Assembly: GCA_011049455.1 (NCBI GenBank)
Contig: DSBL01000136.1
Span: forward strand, 2,789 to 66,788
DNA length: 64,000 nt
Direction of reading: 5' to 3'
Source of the DNA: Desulfonatronum sp.
Lineage (GTDB): Bacteria > Desulfobacterota > Desulfovibrionia > Desulfovibrionales > Desulfonatronaceae
Shown: piece by piece, positions 1-11,882 of the stretch
How positions within the stretch are numbered: the stretch's first letter is position 1
How the letters are laid out: every line of letters starts with the position of its first letter
The notes under the pieces: model-generated
What the model was told of the DNA's origin: nothing
Databases searched by the model: none
The model's input: only the letters and a program-made list of their open reading frames with translations
Translations under genes and position numbers: made by a program

Positions 1-410
1 GCCAGTTCAAGAATTCCTGCTTGGCCCGAAATCAAAAAAAACATTTCACAATGATCACACGCAAATGTTGGACTGGATTGCACACATAGACCGAAACAAC
101 CCATGCCAACACGACAAAATTATCCGGTATACCGCCTTGACGACCAATACCACCATAACATACCGTTCCATCGAAGCGAAATTGATTCGCCACACACTTG
201 GCAATCCAGGGAATGCTCTTGATCATGACCACCAGACTGTATGATCGTTTTATTCCCTTTTTTGATAACACATGGCGTTTACAAGATTATTTATATCGTA
301 TTAATTTTATGTGGTAAAATAAAATTAAACCCCAGTGCGCCCAAAACTAAGCGGACCAAGCCCATGCTGGTCCGTTTTTTTCTGCTTCGTAACACGTATC
401 CGCCATCCAT

Positions 411-1289
411 ATGAACATCCAACGTACAGCATACGCCTATGGCATGGCCACTGTTCTGCTCTGGTCCACAGTGGCCTCGGCTTTCAAAATTTCTCTGCGC
501 CATGTGGATTATTTCCAGTTGCTGTGCGTCTCCACCCTGGTTTCCGCCCTGACCCTGCTGCTGGCCCTGGCGACTCAGGGAAAATTGAAAACCCTTCGAG
601 ACCTGTCCCGAAAAGATTTGCAGCGCTCGGCCTTGCTGGGTCTGCTCAATCCCCTGCTCTATTACTTGATCCTGTTCAAGGCCTATGACCTGCTACCGGC
701 CCAGGAAGCGCAACCTTTGAACTACACCTGGGCCATCACCCTGGCCCTGCTTTCCATTCCTTTCCTGGGCCAGCGTATTACGGGCCGTGATTTCCTGGCC
801 ATGGGAGTCAGCTACCTGGGGGTGCTGACCATCTGCACCCGAGGCGACGTCCTGGGACTGTCTTTTGCCGATCCTTTGGGGGCTGGTCTGGCCCTGGGCA
901 GCACCGTGATCTGGGCCATATACTGGATTTTCAACACCCGGGACACAATGGACCCGGTGCTGCGGCTGTTCTTGAATTTTGCCTTCGGCTGCATCTACAT
1001 ACTGCCCGTGACTTGGTTGTTCTCCGACCCCCTGACCGTGAATCTGCCCGGACTGCTGAGTTCGGCCTACGTGGGCGTATTTGAAATGGGAGTCACCTTC
1101 ATCCTCTGGCTCAAGGCCCTCAAGCTCTCCCAAACCACGGCACAGGTGGCCAACTTGATCTATTTTTCGCCCTGTTTATCCCTGCTCTTCATCCGCGTGT
1201 TTGTTGGCGAAACCATCCTGCCCTCCACCATTACGGGCCTGGTTTTGATCATCCTGGGCAACGTGATCCAAAAAAAAATAAAAACATGA
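411..1289 (+). CDS. DMT/EamA family transporter
   Basis: 292-aa ORF, about 10 hydrophobic segments in two EamA-like halves (LLWSTVASAFK...; GVFEMGVTFILWLKAL); stop overlaps nth start (ATGA 1286-1289). Confidence 0.85.
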   Translation: MNIQRTAYAYGMATVLLWSTVASAFKISLRHVDYFQLLCVSTLVSALTLLLALATQGKLKTLRDLSRKDLQRSALLGLLNPLLYYLILFKAYDLLPAQEAQPLNYTWAITLALLSIPFLGQRITGRDFLAMGVSYLGVLTICTRGDVLGLSFADPLGAGLALGSTVIWAIYWIFNTRDTMDPVLRLFLNFAFGCIYILPVTWLFSDPLTVNLPGLLSSAYVGVFEMGVTFILWLKALKLSQTTAQVANLIYFSPCLSLLFIRVFVGETILPSTITGLVLIILGNVIQKKIKT

Positions 1290-1924
1290 CCAATAACCAA
1301 CGATCCGCGCAAATTTTCAACAAATTGCACGATCTATTTCCCTTGCCAGTCACGATGCTGGCCTGGAAGAATCCCTGGGAGCTGCTGGTGGCCACAGTGC
1401 TGGCGGCCCAATGTACGGACGCCAGGGTGAACATGGTCACCCCGAAATTCTTCCAACGCTGGCCCGGTCCTGGGGAGCTGAGCCGGGCCTTGGTTTCAGA
1501 CGTCGAGCAGATGGTTCATTCCACAGGCTTTTTCCGACAAAAAGCCAAAAACCTGGTGGCTGCCGCCAAGATCATCATGCGGGAACACTGCGGGCAGGTA
1601 CCCGACTCCATGGCCGAACTGCTCACCCTGCCCGGAGTGGCCCGTAAAACCGCGAATATAGTGCTCTCAAACGCCCTGGGCAAACACGAGGGCATTGCCG
1701 TGGACACCCATGTCCGGAGACTGTCCTTCCGACTGGGTCTGACAACTTCAACAAATCCGGCTGTCATTGAAAGAGACTTGATGTTGCTCTTCCCCAGGCA
1801 ACAGTGGGGAGACATCAACCATCTCCTGGTGCTCTTCGGCCGGGACACCTGCACGGCACGCAAGCCGCGCTGCCAAGATTGCGTGCTGGAGGGCCTTTGC
1901 CCAAAAAAGGGACTCGGAACATGA
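1286..1924 (+). CDS. nth: Endonuclease III
   Basis: LLVATVLAAQCTDARVN, HhH motif LPGVARKTAN, AVDTHV, C-terminal 4Fe-4S motif CTARKPRCQDCVLEGLC. Confidence 0.97.
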   Translation: MTNNQRSAQIFNKLHDLFPLPVTMLAWKNPWELLVATVLAAQCTDARVNMVTPKFFQRWPGPGELSRALVSDVEQMVHSTGFFRQKAKNLVAAAKIIMREHCGQVPDSMAELLTLPGVARKTANIVLSNALGKHEGIAVDTHVRRLSFRLGLTTSTNPAVIERDLMLLFPRQQWGDINHLLVLFGRDTCTARKPRCQDCVLEGLCPKKGLGT

Positions 1925-1994
1925 AAACAATGATTTTCCCCGAGCACCTTTTGTTGCCGATGGCTCTTTCCACCCGGTTGCCGCGCTGCCTTGA

Positions 1995-3188
<1,194 letters not shown>

Positions 3189-3194
3189 ACCAAA

Positions 3195-4286
3195 TTACTG
3201 GATGCCGAGTTTTTCCGAACCGGTTTCGGCCCGCAGTTTTGGCAGGCACTGCGGGTAGCGGTCCTGGATGAAGGCCAGCAGCTTCTCGCGTACATCACAG
3301 CGCAATTCCCAGGCTGCGCCAGCGTCTTCGGCGCTCATCAAGGCTCGCAATTCCAAGGTCCGATCCGTGGCATTGGTCACCTGCAAGCCCCAGGCCCTCT
3401 TGTCCCACAACGGATTGTTTTGAAGGATGCGATGCAGTTCGGCGCGGACCTGATCCACTGGAATGGTATAGTCCGTATATAAGAACACCGTGCCTAGAAT
3501 GTCCGCAGATACCCTGGTCCAGTTCTGGAACGGCTTCTCCATGAAATAGGTGATGGGCACGATCAACCGCCGTAAGTCCCAGATCCGTAGCACCACGTAG
3601 GTCAAGGTGATCTCTTCGATCCTGCCCCATTCATTTTCCACAATCACCACGTCGTCCAAACGAATGGGCTGGGTCAGGGCCACCTGAATCCCGGCGATCA
3701 GGGTGGCGATGCTGCGCTGGGCCGCGAAGCCGGCAATGATGCTGATCACCCCGGCCGATGCCAGCAGGCTGACGCCGATCTGGCGCACATTGTCCAGAGT
3801 CATGAGCATGGAGGACACCGCAATAATGGCGATCAGAAAAATCAGCACCCGCCGCAGGATCCCCAGCTGGGTGTGAATCTTGCGCGCCTTGAGGTTGTCC
3901 CGCACTTCCAGCTGAAAACGCCGCAGCAGCATATCCTGAAAAACAGCCGTCAGCCGAATCAAGGACCAGGCCACGGCCAGGATGAACAACATGCTCAACA
4001 CATGGCGCGAGGTTGCCAGCACTTCCGGCGGAAGGATCAAAGTCGGTGCGGCGATCATCAGCACCAGCAAAGGAAAAAGCAATCGGGATGGTGCGCTAAG
4101 ATGCCTGGGAATCAGGGCCAGGGAACTTTCCGTCTTTATGGCGGCAATCCGGCGCAAGATATAAAAAAGAATGCCATGCAGCAGCAATCCCAGAAAAAGC
4201 GCTCCAGCAATAATGGCCCCGGCCACGATCAAGACGCGCCAATCAATGTCCATCACACTGGTGAAAACAACAAGGGAATCATGCAT
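3195..4286 (-). CDS. mscS: Small-conductance mechanosensitive channel (MscS family)
   Basis: SLLASAGVISIIAGFAAQ, IRLDDVVIVENEWGRIEEITLTYVV, WDLRRLIVP. The 5' part of the ORF-track entry (to 4601) overlaps the next gene; start likely 4286 or 4253. Confidence 0.9.
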   Translation of the reverse strand: MHDSLVVFTSVMDIDWRVLIVAGAIIAGALFLGLLLHGILFYILRRIAAIKTESSLALIPRHLSAPSRLLFPLLVLMIAAPTLILPPEVLATSRHVLSMLFILAVAWSLIRLTAVFQDMLLRRFQLEVRDNLKARKIHTQLGILRRVLIFLIAIIAVSSMLMTLDNVRQIGVSLLASAGVISIIAGFAAQRSIATLIAGIQVALTQPIRLDDVVIVENEWGRIEEITLTYVVLRIWDLRRLIVPITYFMEKPFQNWTRVSADILGTVFLYTDYTIPVDQVRAELHRILQNNPLWDKRAWGLQVTNATDRTLELRALMSAEDAGAAWELRCDVREKLLAFIQDRYPQCLPKLRAETGSEKLGIQ

Positions 4287-4303
4287 CCGTTGCAACCTCG
4301 AGA

Positions 4304-4945
4304 TTATCCAGCCTGGGCGTCGTAACTCCGCATTTTTTTGGCCAGCTCCTTCCAGTTGCACTGCTGCAAAACCCGCACCTGGCGATGGATATGACGCTCC
4401 TTGATGGCGACTTCCTTGTCCCGTTCGTCGGTGAGCCCATAAAAAGGCAAGGTCACCCAGAAGGCCGCGTTCATGTATTCCTCCAGAGGAGTGAGCACGT
4501 CTTCCCTCCGGGAATAAAAGGGGTCTTCGTTTTCCGCGCAGGGCGTGTCGAAAACGTTGAATTGGCGACAGGCCATGGGCCGCATGGGATGAATCACGCA
4601 AACGTCATGCACCAGAAAAGGACAGGACGCCCCTTCCTGAAAACCATCCAATTGCTCGGCCAAAAGCCGACGCTCCTCTCCTGTAACCTGTTCCGTGCAA
4701 TACCAGGCCATCCCGGCCATTTCCAAAGGATAGATCGGCACCGCGGCATGGATTCGACAACAATTCGCACAGCCCTTTTTACAGGCCAGAACGCGTCCCC
4801 TGGCCCGGCCTTGCTGCTCCAGGGCTTGCTCCACTCCTTGGTCCACCACGGAATAGGCGTCCAAAAGCTGTTTCAACCAAGCGTGTTCGGCTTCCGCGTC
4901 AGGGAATGCCAGACGTTTTTGGGGATAGACATGCAAGATTTCCAT
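4304..4945 (-). CDS. YkgJ family cysteine-cluster (Zn/Fe-chelating) protein
   Basis: CKKGCANCC ... CPFL...C.IH.MRP.ACR pattern. Confidence 0.85.
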   Translation of the reverse strand: MEILHVYPQKRLAFPDAEAEHAWLKQLLDAYSVVDQGVEQALEQQGRARGRVLACKKGCANCCRIHAAVPIYPLEMAGMAWYCTEQVTGEERRLLAEQLDGFQEGASCPFLVHDVCVIHPMRPMACRQFNVFDTPCAENEDPFYSRREDVLTPLEEYMNAAFWVTLPFYGLTDERDKEVAIKERHIHRQVRVLQQCNWKELAKKMRSYDAQAG

Positions 4946-5078
4946 TCATTCCTCCGGTAAGTCCAATGCGTTCCAACGTTCACGGCGTCTTGACCCCCGT
5001 GCCTGGAACGCTTTTAGCAACCCGGGGAACCCAGGACAAGCCTATTGCCGGAAGTCCGAAAGAGAGACTGTTGAATCG

Positions 5079-5111
5079 CCTTGAATTTCAAGGACCGGAG
5101 GGGTATATAAT
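5079..5111 (+). promoter_or_regulatory. Candidate sigma70 promoter with palindrome over the -35
   Basis: TTGAAT (5081-86)-17 nt-TATATA/TATAAT (5104-5111); CCTTGAA-T-TTCAAGG palindrome at 5079-5093. Confidence 0.4.
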
Positions 5112-5175
5112 CAACTGAACATTCGGCCGCTTGCCGTAAAAACATGCACCTTTCCCCCATCCCAGGGTTTATGAA

Positions 5176-7056
5176 GTGATCAAACGCTTTGCTGTTTCCA
5201 TTGTTGTCGTCTTTTTGATCCTGTCCGGGGCGATCTTCGGATTGGCCTTCAAGGCCAACAAGGAACTGGAACGGATTGTCTCCGGACAATTCAATGAACA
5301 GCAACTCGTTCTGGCCCGAAAAATCGCCGACGACATTGAGGTCAATTTTCAGATTCTCGGCGCAGCCCTGCGTAATGTCAGTCAGGAATGCAGTCGGGCC
5401 AGGGCCGATGGTCGCGATGAAACCGTCAACTTCCCGACCCAGTTCGACTTTCTCCAGGATTGGGGAATACTGGGCCTCGGCATGGCCCATCCGCAGCGTC
5501 CGGAATCAACAATTTTCTTGAACAACGACTGGAGCAGCCTGGAGCAGCTGGACATCCAGCTTTCGGATTTTGTTCCCTTGAGCGCCTCCCATGAGCATCC
5601 GGAAAAAACCGTACTCTTAAGCCGCACCCTACAGCCGAGAAACGGTCCTTTTGCCAACCGCTGGGTGATGGTCATGGCCACACCTGGTTTCTGTCCGACC
5701 GACACCACCATGACCAATCATGAAGATCCCCTTTTTGTTTTCATCCTGGACGCCCAGAGCATTGCCCGGCGGTTTGCCCAGGGAGTCCGATCCGGCCAGA
5801 CCGGCTATCCCTGGGTCATTGATCACAAAGGCTATTTCATGTTTCATGTGGAAGAGGAATTCATCGGACAAAACTCCTTGACCGTCCGGCAATTGCGCAA
5901 CCCTCTCCTGTCATACCAACGCATCAACGATCTGGTCGTCAATCGCCTGCTCAAGGGCCATGAGGGCATGGACTGGTATATATCCGGCTGGCACTGGAAC
6001 ACCATTGGAGAAATAAAAAAGCTGCTGGCCTTCAGTCCCATTCACCTCTCACTTGACTCGAACGAACATCTCTGGTCCGTGGGCCTGGCCGCGCCGGACA
6101 CAGAGGTCTACGGCTTGATCAGACCCATGGTCCTTCGCCAATGGCTGATCGTGGGCTTGTTTTTCGTACTGGTGATGACCAGTTTTGCCGCCTTTCTGTA
6201 CATCGCCTTGCGCTGGTCCGAGGCGTTGCAGCGCGAAGTCGACAAAAAAACGGAACATCTGACCCGTTCGGAAAACGAACTGCGCAAGGAACGCGACAAG
6301 GTCAAAGAAAGCATGGACCAGCTTATCTTGACCCAGGAAAAGCTCGTGCTTTCCGAAAGGTTTGCGGCCATCGGCGAAGCCGCTGCCCATCTTTCCCACG
6401 AAATCAAAAACCCGTTGATGCTCATCGGCGGCTTTGCCCAGCAAATCCTGCGGACCTTGCCCGAGGGGGACCAACGATGCGAGAAGCTGCGCATCATCAC
6501 CGAAGAGGCCAAACGCCTGGAGGCCATGCTCATGGAAGTCCGCGATTTTACCCGGCCCCTGAAGCCAAAAAAATCCATCGCGAATCTCAATGATACGATC
6601 CGGGAAGTCACGGCTTTGCTGCAGGAGAGCATCCAGTCCCAACACATCCGACTCAGTCTCCAACTAGCCGCCGACCTGCCGTCATGCTCCTTCGATGCGG
6701 ACCAGATCAAGCAAGTGCTTCTGAACCTGACCAAAAACGCGCTTGAAGCCATGCCCAAGGGCGGGGAATTGACCATTTCCTCCCAAGTGCACAACAACCA
6801 TGCCCATATCTCGGTGGCCGACACCGGGGAGGGCATTTCCCCAGACAAGATAAAAAGACTGTTTCATCCATTCTTCACCACCAAGCAAAAGGGTACCGGT
6901 TTGGGTCTGGCCGTAAGCTACAAGATCATCCAGGATCATGACGGGGATATTACCGTGCAAAGCCGCAAGGGCAAAGGCAGCAGATTCCTCATTTCCTTGC
7001 CCATGGATGCAAAACCAACATCGAACGCCGCGGAGACAACGGGAAAAGGGGGATAA
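5176..7056 (+). CDS. Sensor histidine kinase with periplasmic Cache-like domain
   Basis: GTG start; two TM segments; H-box SHEIKNPL, N-box NLTKNALEAM, DTGEGI, FFTTK, GTGLGL. No adjacent response regulator. Confidence 0.92.
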   Translation: MIKRFAVSIVVVFLILSGAIFGLAFKANKELERIVSGQFNEQQLVLARKIADDIEVNFQILGAALRNVSQECSRARADGRDETVNFPTQFDFLQDWGILGLGMAHPQRPESTIFLNNDWSSLEQLDIQLSDFVPLSASHEHPEKTVLLSRTLQPRNGPFANRWVMVMATPGFCPTDTTMTNHEDPLFVFILDAQSIARRFAQGVRSGQTGYPWVIDHKGYFMFHVEEEFIGQNSLTVRQLRNPLLSYQRINDLVVNRLLKGHEGMDWYISGWHWNTIGEIKKLLAFSPIHLSLDSNEHLWSVGLAAPDTEVYGLIRPMVLRQWLIVGLFFVLVMTSFAAFLYIALRWSEALQREVDKKTEHLTRSENELRKERDKVKESMDQLILTQEKLVLSERFAAIGEAAAHLSHEIKNPLMLIGGFAQQILRTLPEGDQRCEKLRIITEEAKRLEAMLMEVRDFTRPLKPKKSIANLNDTIREVTALLQESIQSQHIRLSLQLAADLPSCSFDADQIKQVLLNLTKNALEAMPKGGELTISSQVHNNHAHISVADTGEGISPDKIKRLFHPFFTTKQKGTGLGLAVSYKIIQDHDGDITVQSRKGKGSRFLISLPMDAKPTSNAAETTGKGG

Positions 7057-7057
7057 T

Positions 7058-7411
7058 ATGGATCGACTGATGGTTCTCAGAATTCAGGGCGCATTTGAAC
7101 TGACCGCGTTGATTTTCTTTTTTTCCGGATATTTCGGCGGATCCTCCTGGTTGATGATCCTTGGCGGGATCATGCTGGTGGCGGACAACCTGATGACCAT
7201 CCTCCTGGGCCTGGCCACTCCACTGCTCCCCCTGGGCGTGTCCGCCCTGCTGGCCCTGGTGATCGTCCCCTGGTATGCCGGAGTTTTTCTGGGCTGTTCC
7301 ATTTTTACTCTGCTTGGAGTTCCAAACTCCGCTCGCAAACTGTGGAATCCGGAACGGGTTCTGGCCGACGCCCAGCGGGTTGATGCAGAACGCCAAGCAA
7401 AACAGCAATAG
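7058..7411 (+). CDS. Small hypothetical membrane protein (117 aa)
   Basis: ATG 1 nt after the kinase stop with GGGGG SD-like motif; about 4 hydrophobic segments. Confidence 0.7.
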   Translation: MDRLMVLRIQGAFELTALIFFFSGYFGGSSWLMILGGIMLVADNLMTILLGLATPLLPLGVSALLALVIVPWYAGVFLGCSIFTLLGVPNSARKLWNPERVLADAQRVDAERQAKQQ

Positions 7412-7522
7412 CATATCTGCCACCACCCGCACAGCAACAATCTCTCTTAACAGCATCAAATATTCAAAACAGCCATCCATTCGCCCCTGCTGGACATAGA
7501 TTGTTTTCCAGGAGATAAAAAC

Positions 7523-8704
7523 ATGATTCTCGTCCCTCAAGGATTCCTCTTCGCGGTGGCCAAAGCTGGCTTCAAATACGCCAAACGCAACGACTTGACC
7601 GTGATTCTCAGCGAAACTCCCTGCTCCTGGGCCGCAACATTGACCCGCAACCTATTTCAGGCCGCACCGGTGCTGGTAATCAAGGAACGCTTGGCAACAG
7701 ACAATCCCTGCTGCGGCGTGGTCGTTAATGCCGGACAAGCCAATGCCTGCACAGGGGATCAGGGTTTGACCGACTGCCGAGAGTCTTTGAACATCACGGC
7801 CCGGATGCTGGGGGTGAAAACAAGAGAACTATTGCCGGCATCCACCGGGGTCATCGGTGACCGGATCAAGCTGGAACGCTGGACAAAGGCCCTGCCCGGC
7901 CTGCGGGACAGCCTGGGCAAGGCCACGGCCCTGGACGCGGCGCAAGCGATCATGACCACGGACAAATTCCCCAAGCTGGCGTGGCGCAAAGTGCACCTGC
8001 GTCAAGGCGAAGTCCGGGTGATGGGCATGGCCAAAGGCGCGGGCATGATCTGTCCGAACATGGCCACCATGCTCGGATTCATCATTTGCGACGCAAGCGT
8101 GGATCAGAGATGGTGGCGGAAAACCTTGAAGACTTGCGTAAACAACAGTTTCAACCGAATCACCGTGGACGGAGACACCAGCACCAATGACTGCGTACTG
8201 GCCCTGGCCAACGGCCGATCCGTCGCTGTTGTTGAAAAAGGGGAGCTGAACATGGTGGCCAAAGCCCTGGCTCAAGTTTGCAAGGAGTTGGCCGGGCTTA
8301 TCGTGCAGGATGCCGAGGGCGGGACCAAGGTGATTCATATCCGGGTCAGCGGGGCCAAAAGTACCAGACAGGCCGCACTGGCAGCTCGGGCAGTGGGCCA
8401 CTCTCCCCTGGTGAAAACGGCCATGTACGGCCAGGATCCCAATTGGGGCCGGATTGTAGCCGCGTTGGGCCGCAGCGGCGCGGCATTCGACCCGAATCAG
8501 GTCAGCGTTGCCTTGGCTGGACAAACGATTTTTCATCGTGGCGCCCCGGCGTCCCTGGATTATGACGATATTCTAGCCGCGTCTCTCCAAAAACAGGATC
8601 TGCACATGGACATCTCCCTGGGACAGGGGCCAGGGGAGTATACCCTGCTCGCCTCGGACCTGACCGAAGAGTATATTCGGATCAATGCTCGATACAGGAC
8701 ATGA
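7523..8704 (+). CDS. argJ: Bifunctional ornithine acetyltransferase/N-acetylglutamate synthase
   Basis: NAGQANACTG, MAKGAGMICPNMATML, autocleavage site DGDTSTND, G.DPNWGRI, DLTEEYIRINA.Y. Confidence 0.97.
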   Translation: MILVPQGFLFAVAKAGFKYAKRNDLTVILSETPCSWAATLTRNLFQAAPVLVIKERLATDNPCCGVVVNAGQANACTGDQGLTDCRESLNITARMLGVKTRELLPASTGVIGDRIKLERWTKALPGLRDSLGKATALDAAQAIMTTDKFPKLAWRKVHLRQGEVRVMGMAKGAGMICPNMATMLGFIICDASVDQRWWRKTLKTCVNNSFNRITVDGDTSTNDCVLALANGRSVAVVEKGELNMVAKALAQVCKELAGLIVQDAEGGTKVIHIRVSGAKSTRQAALAARAVGHSPLVKTAMYGQDPNWGRIVAALGRSGAAFDPNQVSVALAGQTIFHRGAPASLDYDDILAASLQKQDLHMDISLGQGPGEYTLLASDLTEEYIRINARYRT

Positions 8705-8782
8705 TCGAGTGACAAGTACAAAGCGGACGACCCAGAATTGCAAGGAAAGTGCAATCGTGGACCATATCTCACGCACAGGCCA

Positions 8783-9592
8783 TCAATTGTCTCGTAATCC
8801 TTGCCCTCCACCTTTTGCCCTGTATGCCCCCCAGAGCAGGATAATGCCCAAAACCGCCAAAGGCAGGGAAAGCGCTTGCCCCATGGTCATCCAGCCAAAG
8901 GCTATGAACCCGAGATGAGCATCCGGTTGTCGGAAAAACTCAACCATGAAGCGGAAAAAGCCATAGCCCAGGACAAACAGACCCGAGACAGCCATGGTCG
9001 GCCTAGGTTTTGCTGAAAAGATCCAAACCAGGAGAAAAAGGGTCAGCCCCTCAAAAAATGCCTGATAAAGCTGGGAAGGGTGCCGGGGCACAAACCCTCC
9101 GGACGGGTCGGCAAAGATCATGGCCCAAGGCACGTCCGTGGCCCGCCCCCAAAGTTCGCCGTTGATGAAATTGCCGATCCTGCCCGCGCCCAGGCCGATG
9201 GGTGCCAGGGGGGCCAAAAAATCACTGACCTGGAAAAAGCTGCGCCCGGTACGCCGGCCAAAAAACCACACTGCCACAAGGACGCCCAGAAAACCGCCAT
9301 GAAAGGACATACCCCCCTTCCAGATCTTTACTATTTCCAAGGGCTGAGCCAGAAATGTCGAGAAATCATAGAACAGCACATATCCCAGGCGTGCGCCGAG
9401 AAGAAGTCCCAACGCGCAATAGGTGATCAGATCCGGCATTTCATGGGGATGCCAGCCCGAATCTGTTCGCCTGGCCCGTAAATATCCTAGAAACCAAGCC
9501 GCCATGAATCCAATCAGATACATCAAACCGTACCAGCGGATTTGCAGGGGGCCAACGGCAAACGCCACGGGATCAAAGTGCGGATGATACAC
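8783..9592 (-). CDS. lgt: Prolipoprotein diacylglyceryl transferase
   Basis: [54 protein letters not shown]. Confidence 0.97.
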   Translation of the reverse strand: MYHPHFDPVAFAVGPLQIRWYGLMYLIGFMAAWFLGYLRARRTDSGWHPHEMPDLITYCALGLLLGARLGYVLFYDFSTFLAQPLEIVKIWKGGMSFHGGFLGVLVAVWFFGRRTGRSFFQVSDFLAPLAPIGLGAGRIGNFINGELWGRATDVPWAMIFADPSGGFVPRHPSQLYQAFFEGLTLFLLVWIFSAKPRPTMAVSGLFVLGYGFFRFMVEFFRQPDAHLGFIAFGWMTMGQALSLPLAVLGIILLWGAYRAKGGGQGLRDN

Positions 9593-9768
9593 GGCTTCGC
9601 GCCTTTGCAGAAAATGGGATCATTGGTTTGTCACTTAGCGGTTTGACCTTGGAAAATGCAGCATGAAACGACAAAAAACCAAGACCGGACGTTTTTGTTC
9701 GCAACCCCCAGGCGCAAAAATATGCACCCCCTGGAAGCCTCAACCTTGAACCATCAACCGGAGTCCTT

Positions 9769-10254
9769 ATGCAGGAAGTATGCGCCACACACACATCCCT
9801 GACCATGGCCGTACAAATGCTGCCCTCGGATGCCAATCCCTACGGCAGCATTCATGGGGGAATTATCATGAAACATATTGATACGGCCGCGGGCATTGTC
9901 GCCATTCGCCACGTTCGAGGCAATGCCGTAACCGCATCCATTGATCGCCTCGACTTCCATTACCCGGCATATGTGGGAGATCTGCTCATGCTCAAGGCCG
10001 GGATCAACCTGGTCGGAAGAACATCCATGGAGGTTGGGGTCCGGGTTGAGGCAGAAAATCTCCTGACAGGAAAAATCCGGCATACGGCATCGGCCTATCT
10101 GACCTTTGTGGCTCTGGATAAAAACGGCCGGCCAGCCCCGGCAAAACCGTATCTTCCTGCAACAATTGATGAAATCCGCCGTCATGACGAAGCCCAAATC
10201 CGCCGCAGGATGCGACTTGCGGAAAAAAGCCGGGAACGTCAAGGAGCGCTTTAA
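9769..10254 (+). CDS. Acyl-CoA thioesterase (hotdog fold)
   Basis: DANPYGSIHGG, VTASID...F..P, VGRTSMEVGV, AYLTFVALD..GRP. Confidence 0.9.
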   Translation: MQEVCATHTSLTMAVQMLPSDANPYGSIHGGIIMKHIDTAAGIVAIRHVRGNAVTASIDRLDFHYPAYVGDLLMLKAGINLVGRTSMEVGVRVEAENLLTGKIRHTASAYLTFVALDKNGRPAPAKPYLPATIDEIRRHDEAQIRRRMRLAEKSRERQGAL

Positions 10255-10269
10255 AACCGCGACGCACTC

Positions 10270-11037
10270 CTACTCCAGCGCGGGCTGCATCATATCCGGC
10301 TTCAGCCATTCATCTTCCTGGCCAAGCCCCAAAGGCAGGGACATTTCCGGCATGGGAACGGTAACGGCATGAATCTGCAGCTGAAAAAAAATGTCGCCGG
10401 GCAAAATTTCCCGTGTTGATTCCAGAATCAACATCTGGCCCGTGGCATCGCTGACCTGCGTGATCAACCCCGAACCCACCACCTGCATCATGCCCTGCTC
10501 GAGTCCACTGGATTGTTGCACAATGAGTACGGGAATAGGGATCGGCGAGAATGCCGGCGCCAACAAGGCCACATACGCCCTGGAACGCATTCCGCCCATG
10601 GTTTGATTGTCCTGTAGCGACTGAATGATCCCGGCGAAGCGATGTTCCGGAATAAACGTGGCTGTCATCTGCGCTGTCTGCGAGACCCTTCCGGTAATTT
10701 GATCCTGCCAGGGGTCGCACAGCAATGGGTGGACCTCTTGATGATCCGATGCCACGGATCGGCTTTCCAGTACGGGCCGAATCAAGGGAGCGCTGTCCAC
10801 AAACAGATGCAATAAATCCTCGCTTCCCTGAGACCAAATCTGGTCGTGCAACTGCTTGCAAAGCGCATCATAGTCACTGATTTGTTCCGGATTCATGGAA
10901 ACTGTCAACGTGGTTTCCTGAATCAGGGTCTGTGACGGATAATCCCCGAACAACGCTTCCTGATTCAGTGAAACATTGCCTTGAGGTGCGCAGGCTGCGA
11001 GCAGAAACAACACAAGGGCCAATCGGCAATACTTCAT
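10270..11037 (-). CDS. Hypothetical lipoprotein
   Basis: ATG 11037 behind GGAGG; lipobox LLAAC after MKYCRLALVLF. Confidence 0.7.
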   Translation of the reverse strand: MKYCRLALVLFLLAACAPQGNVSLNQEALFGDYPSQTLIQETTLTVSMNPEQISDYDALCKQLHDQIWSQGSEDLLHLFVDSAPLIRPVLESRSVASDHQEVHPLLCDPWQDQITGRVSQTAQMTATFIPEHRFAGIIQSLQDNQTMGGMRSRAYVALLAPAFSPIPIPVLIVQQSSGLEQGMMQVVGSGLITQVSDATGQMLILESTREILPGDIFFQLQIHAVTVPMPEMSLPLGLGQEDEWLKPDMMQPALE

Positions 11038-11270
11038 GATCCACCTCCCGCACGAAATGTGCATTTCGGAAGTTCGAGTGCAACGCGTGACCGCCTCGAC
11101 GATTCAGCTGGTGCATTCGATTCGGAACCAGTGATTGAACGAATGTAAGGCAATCCATCATTGCCTGTTTTGTCAAATGTGTCTCTTTGCTGTAGGTATT
11201 CCACCATGTGATCGGTTTCAGGGGAGATGCTGATCATATCCCCGACGTACATTGAACCAGGAACTGCGCA

Positions 11271-11882
11271 ATGACAAGCCAAAAAACAAACCAGAACGGG
11301 CTTCAAATCACCCTTTCCCTGGAAAAAACCATCTATACCCGGGCTCAGATGGAATCCGTGGCCATGCCTCAGGTGGCGCTGGCCGGACGGTCCAACGTGG
11401 GCAAGTCCTCGCTGATCAACTGCCTGGGAAACAGAAAAAACCTCGCCAAGACCAGCTCCACCCCGGGCAAGACCCGTAGCGTGAATTACTACCTTGTGCG
11501 TCCGGGTGATTTCTACTTGGTGGACCTGCCAGGCTACGGGTATGCCAGACGATCCAAGTCCGAACGTCAAGCATGGGGCAAATTAATGGACCATTTTTTC
11601 AGACAAAATACGCATCTGGTCGGATTGCTGTTAATCCTGGACGCCAGGCTCCCTCCACAAATCCCGGACATGGATCTGACGGCCTTGGCCCAAGGCCTCA
11701 ACTTGCCGATACTTCCAGTGCTTACCAAGACGGATAAATGCACGCAACGCCAATGCATTGCAACCCGAAAAAACTGGCAGGATGTACTTGGTCCGGATGT
11801 CGACCTTTTGTTCTTCTCCTCAAAAACCCGCCAAGGGCGCGAACAGTTGTGGTCGCGGATTCAAGTGTTAATGCATGGCTGA
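11271..11882 (+). CDS. engB: Ribosome biogenesis GTPase YihA/YsxC
   Basis: GRSNVGKSSLIN (G1), TPGKT, DLPGYG (G3), TKTD (G4). Confidence 0.95.
   Translation: MTSQKTNQNGLQITLSLEKTIYTRAQMESVAMPQVALAGRSNVGKSSLINCLGNRKNLAKTSSTPGKTRSVNYYLVRPGDFYLVDLPGYGYARRSKSERQAWGKLMDHFFRQNTHLVGLLLILDARLPPQIPDMDLTALAQGLNLPILPVLTKTDKCTQRQCIATRKNWQDVLGPDVDLLFFSSKTRQGREQLWSRIQVLMHG

Noticed and set aside
1-400. ORFs 32-271 and 291-503, and a possible gene start at ATG 46 running off the left edge
   Set aside because: No recognisable motifs or SD; not enough sequence to support a call.
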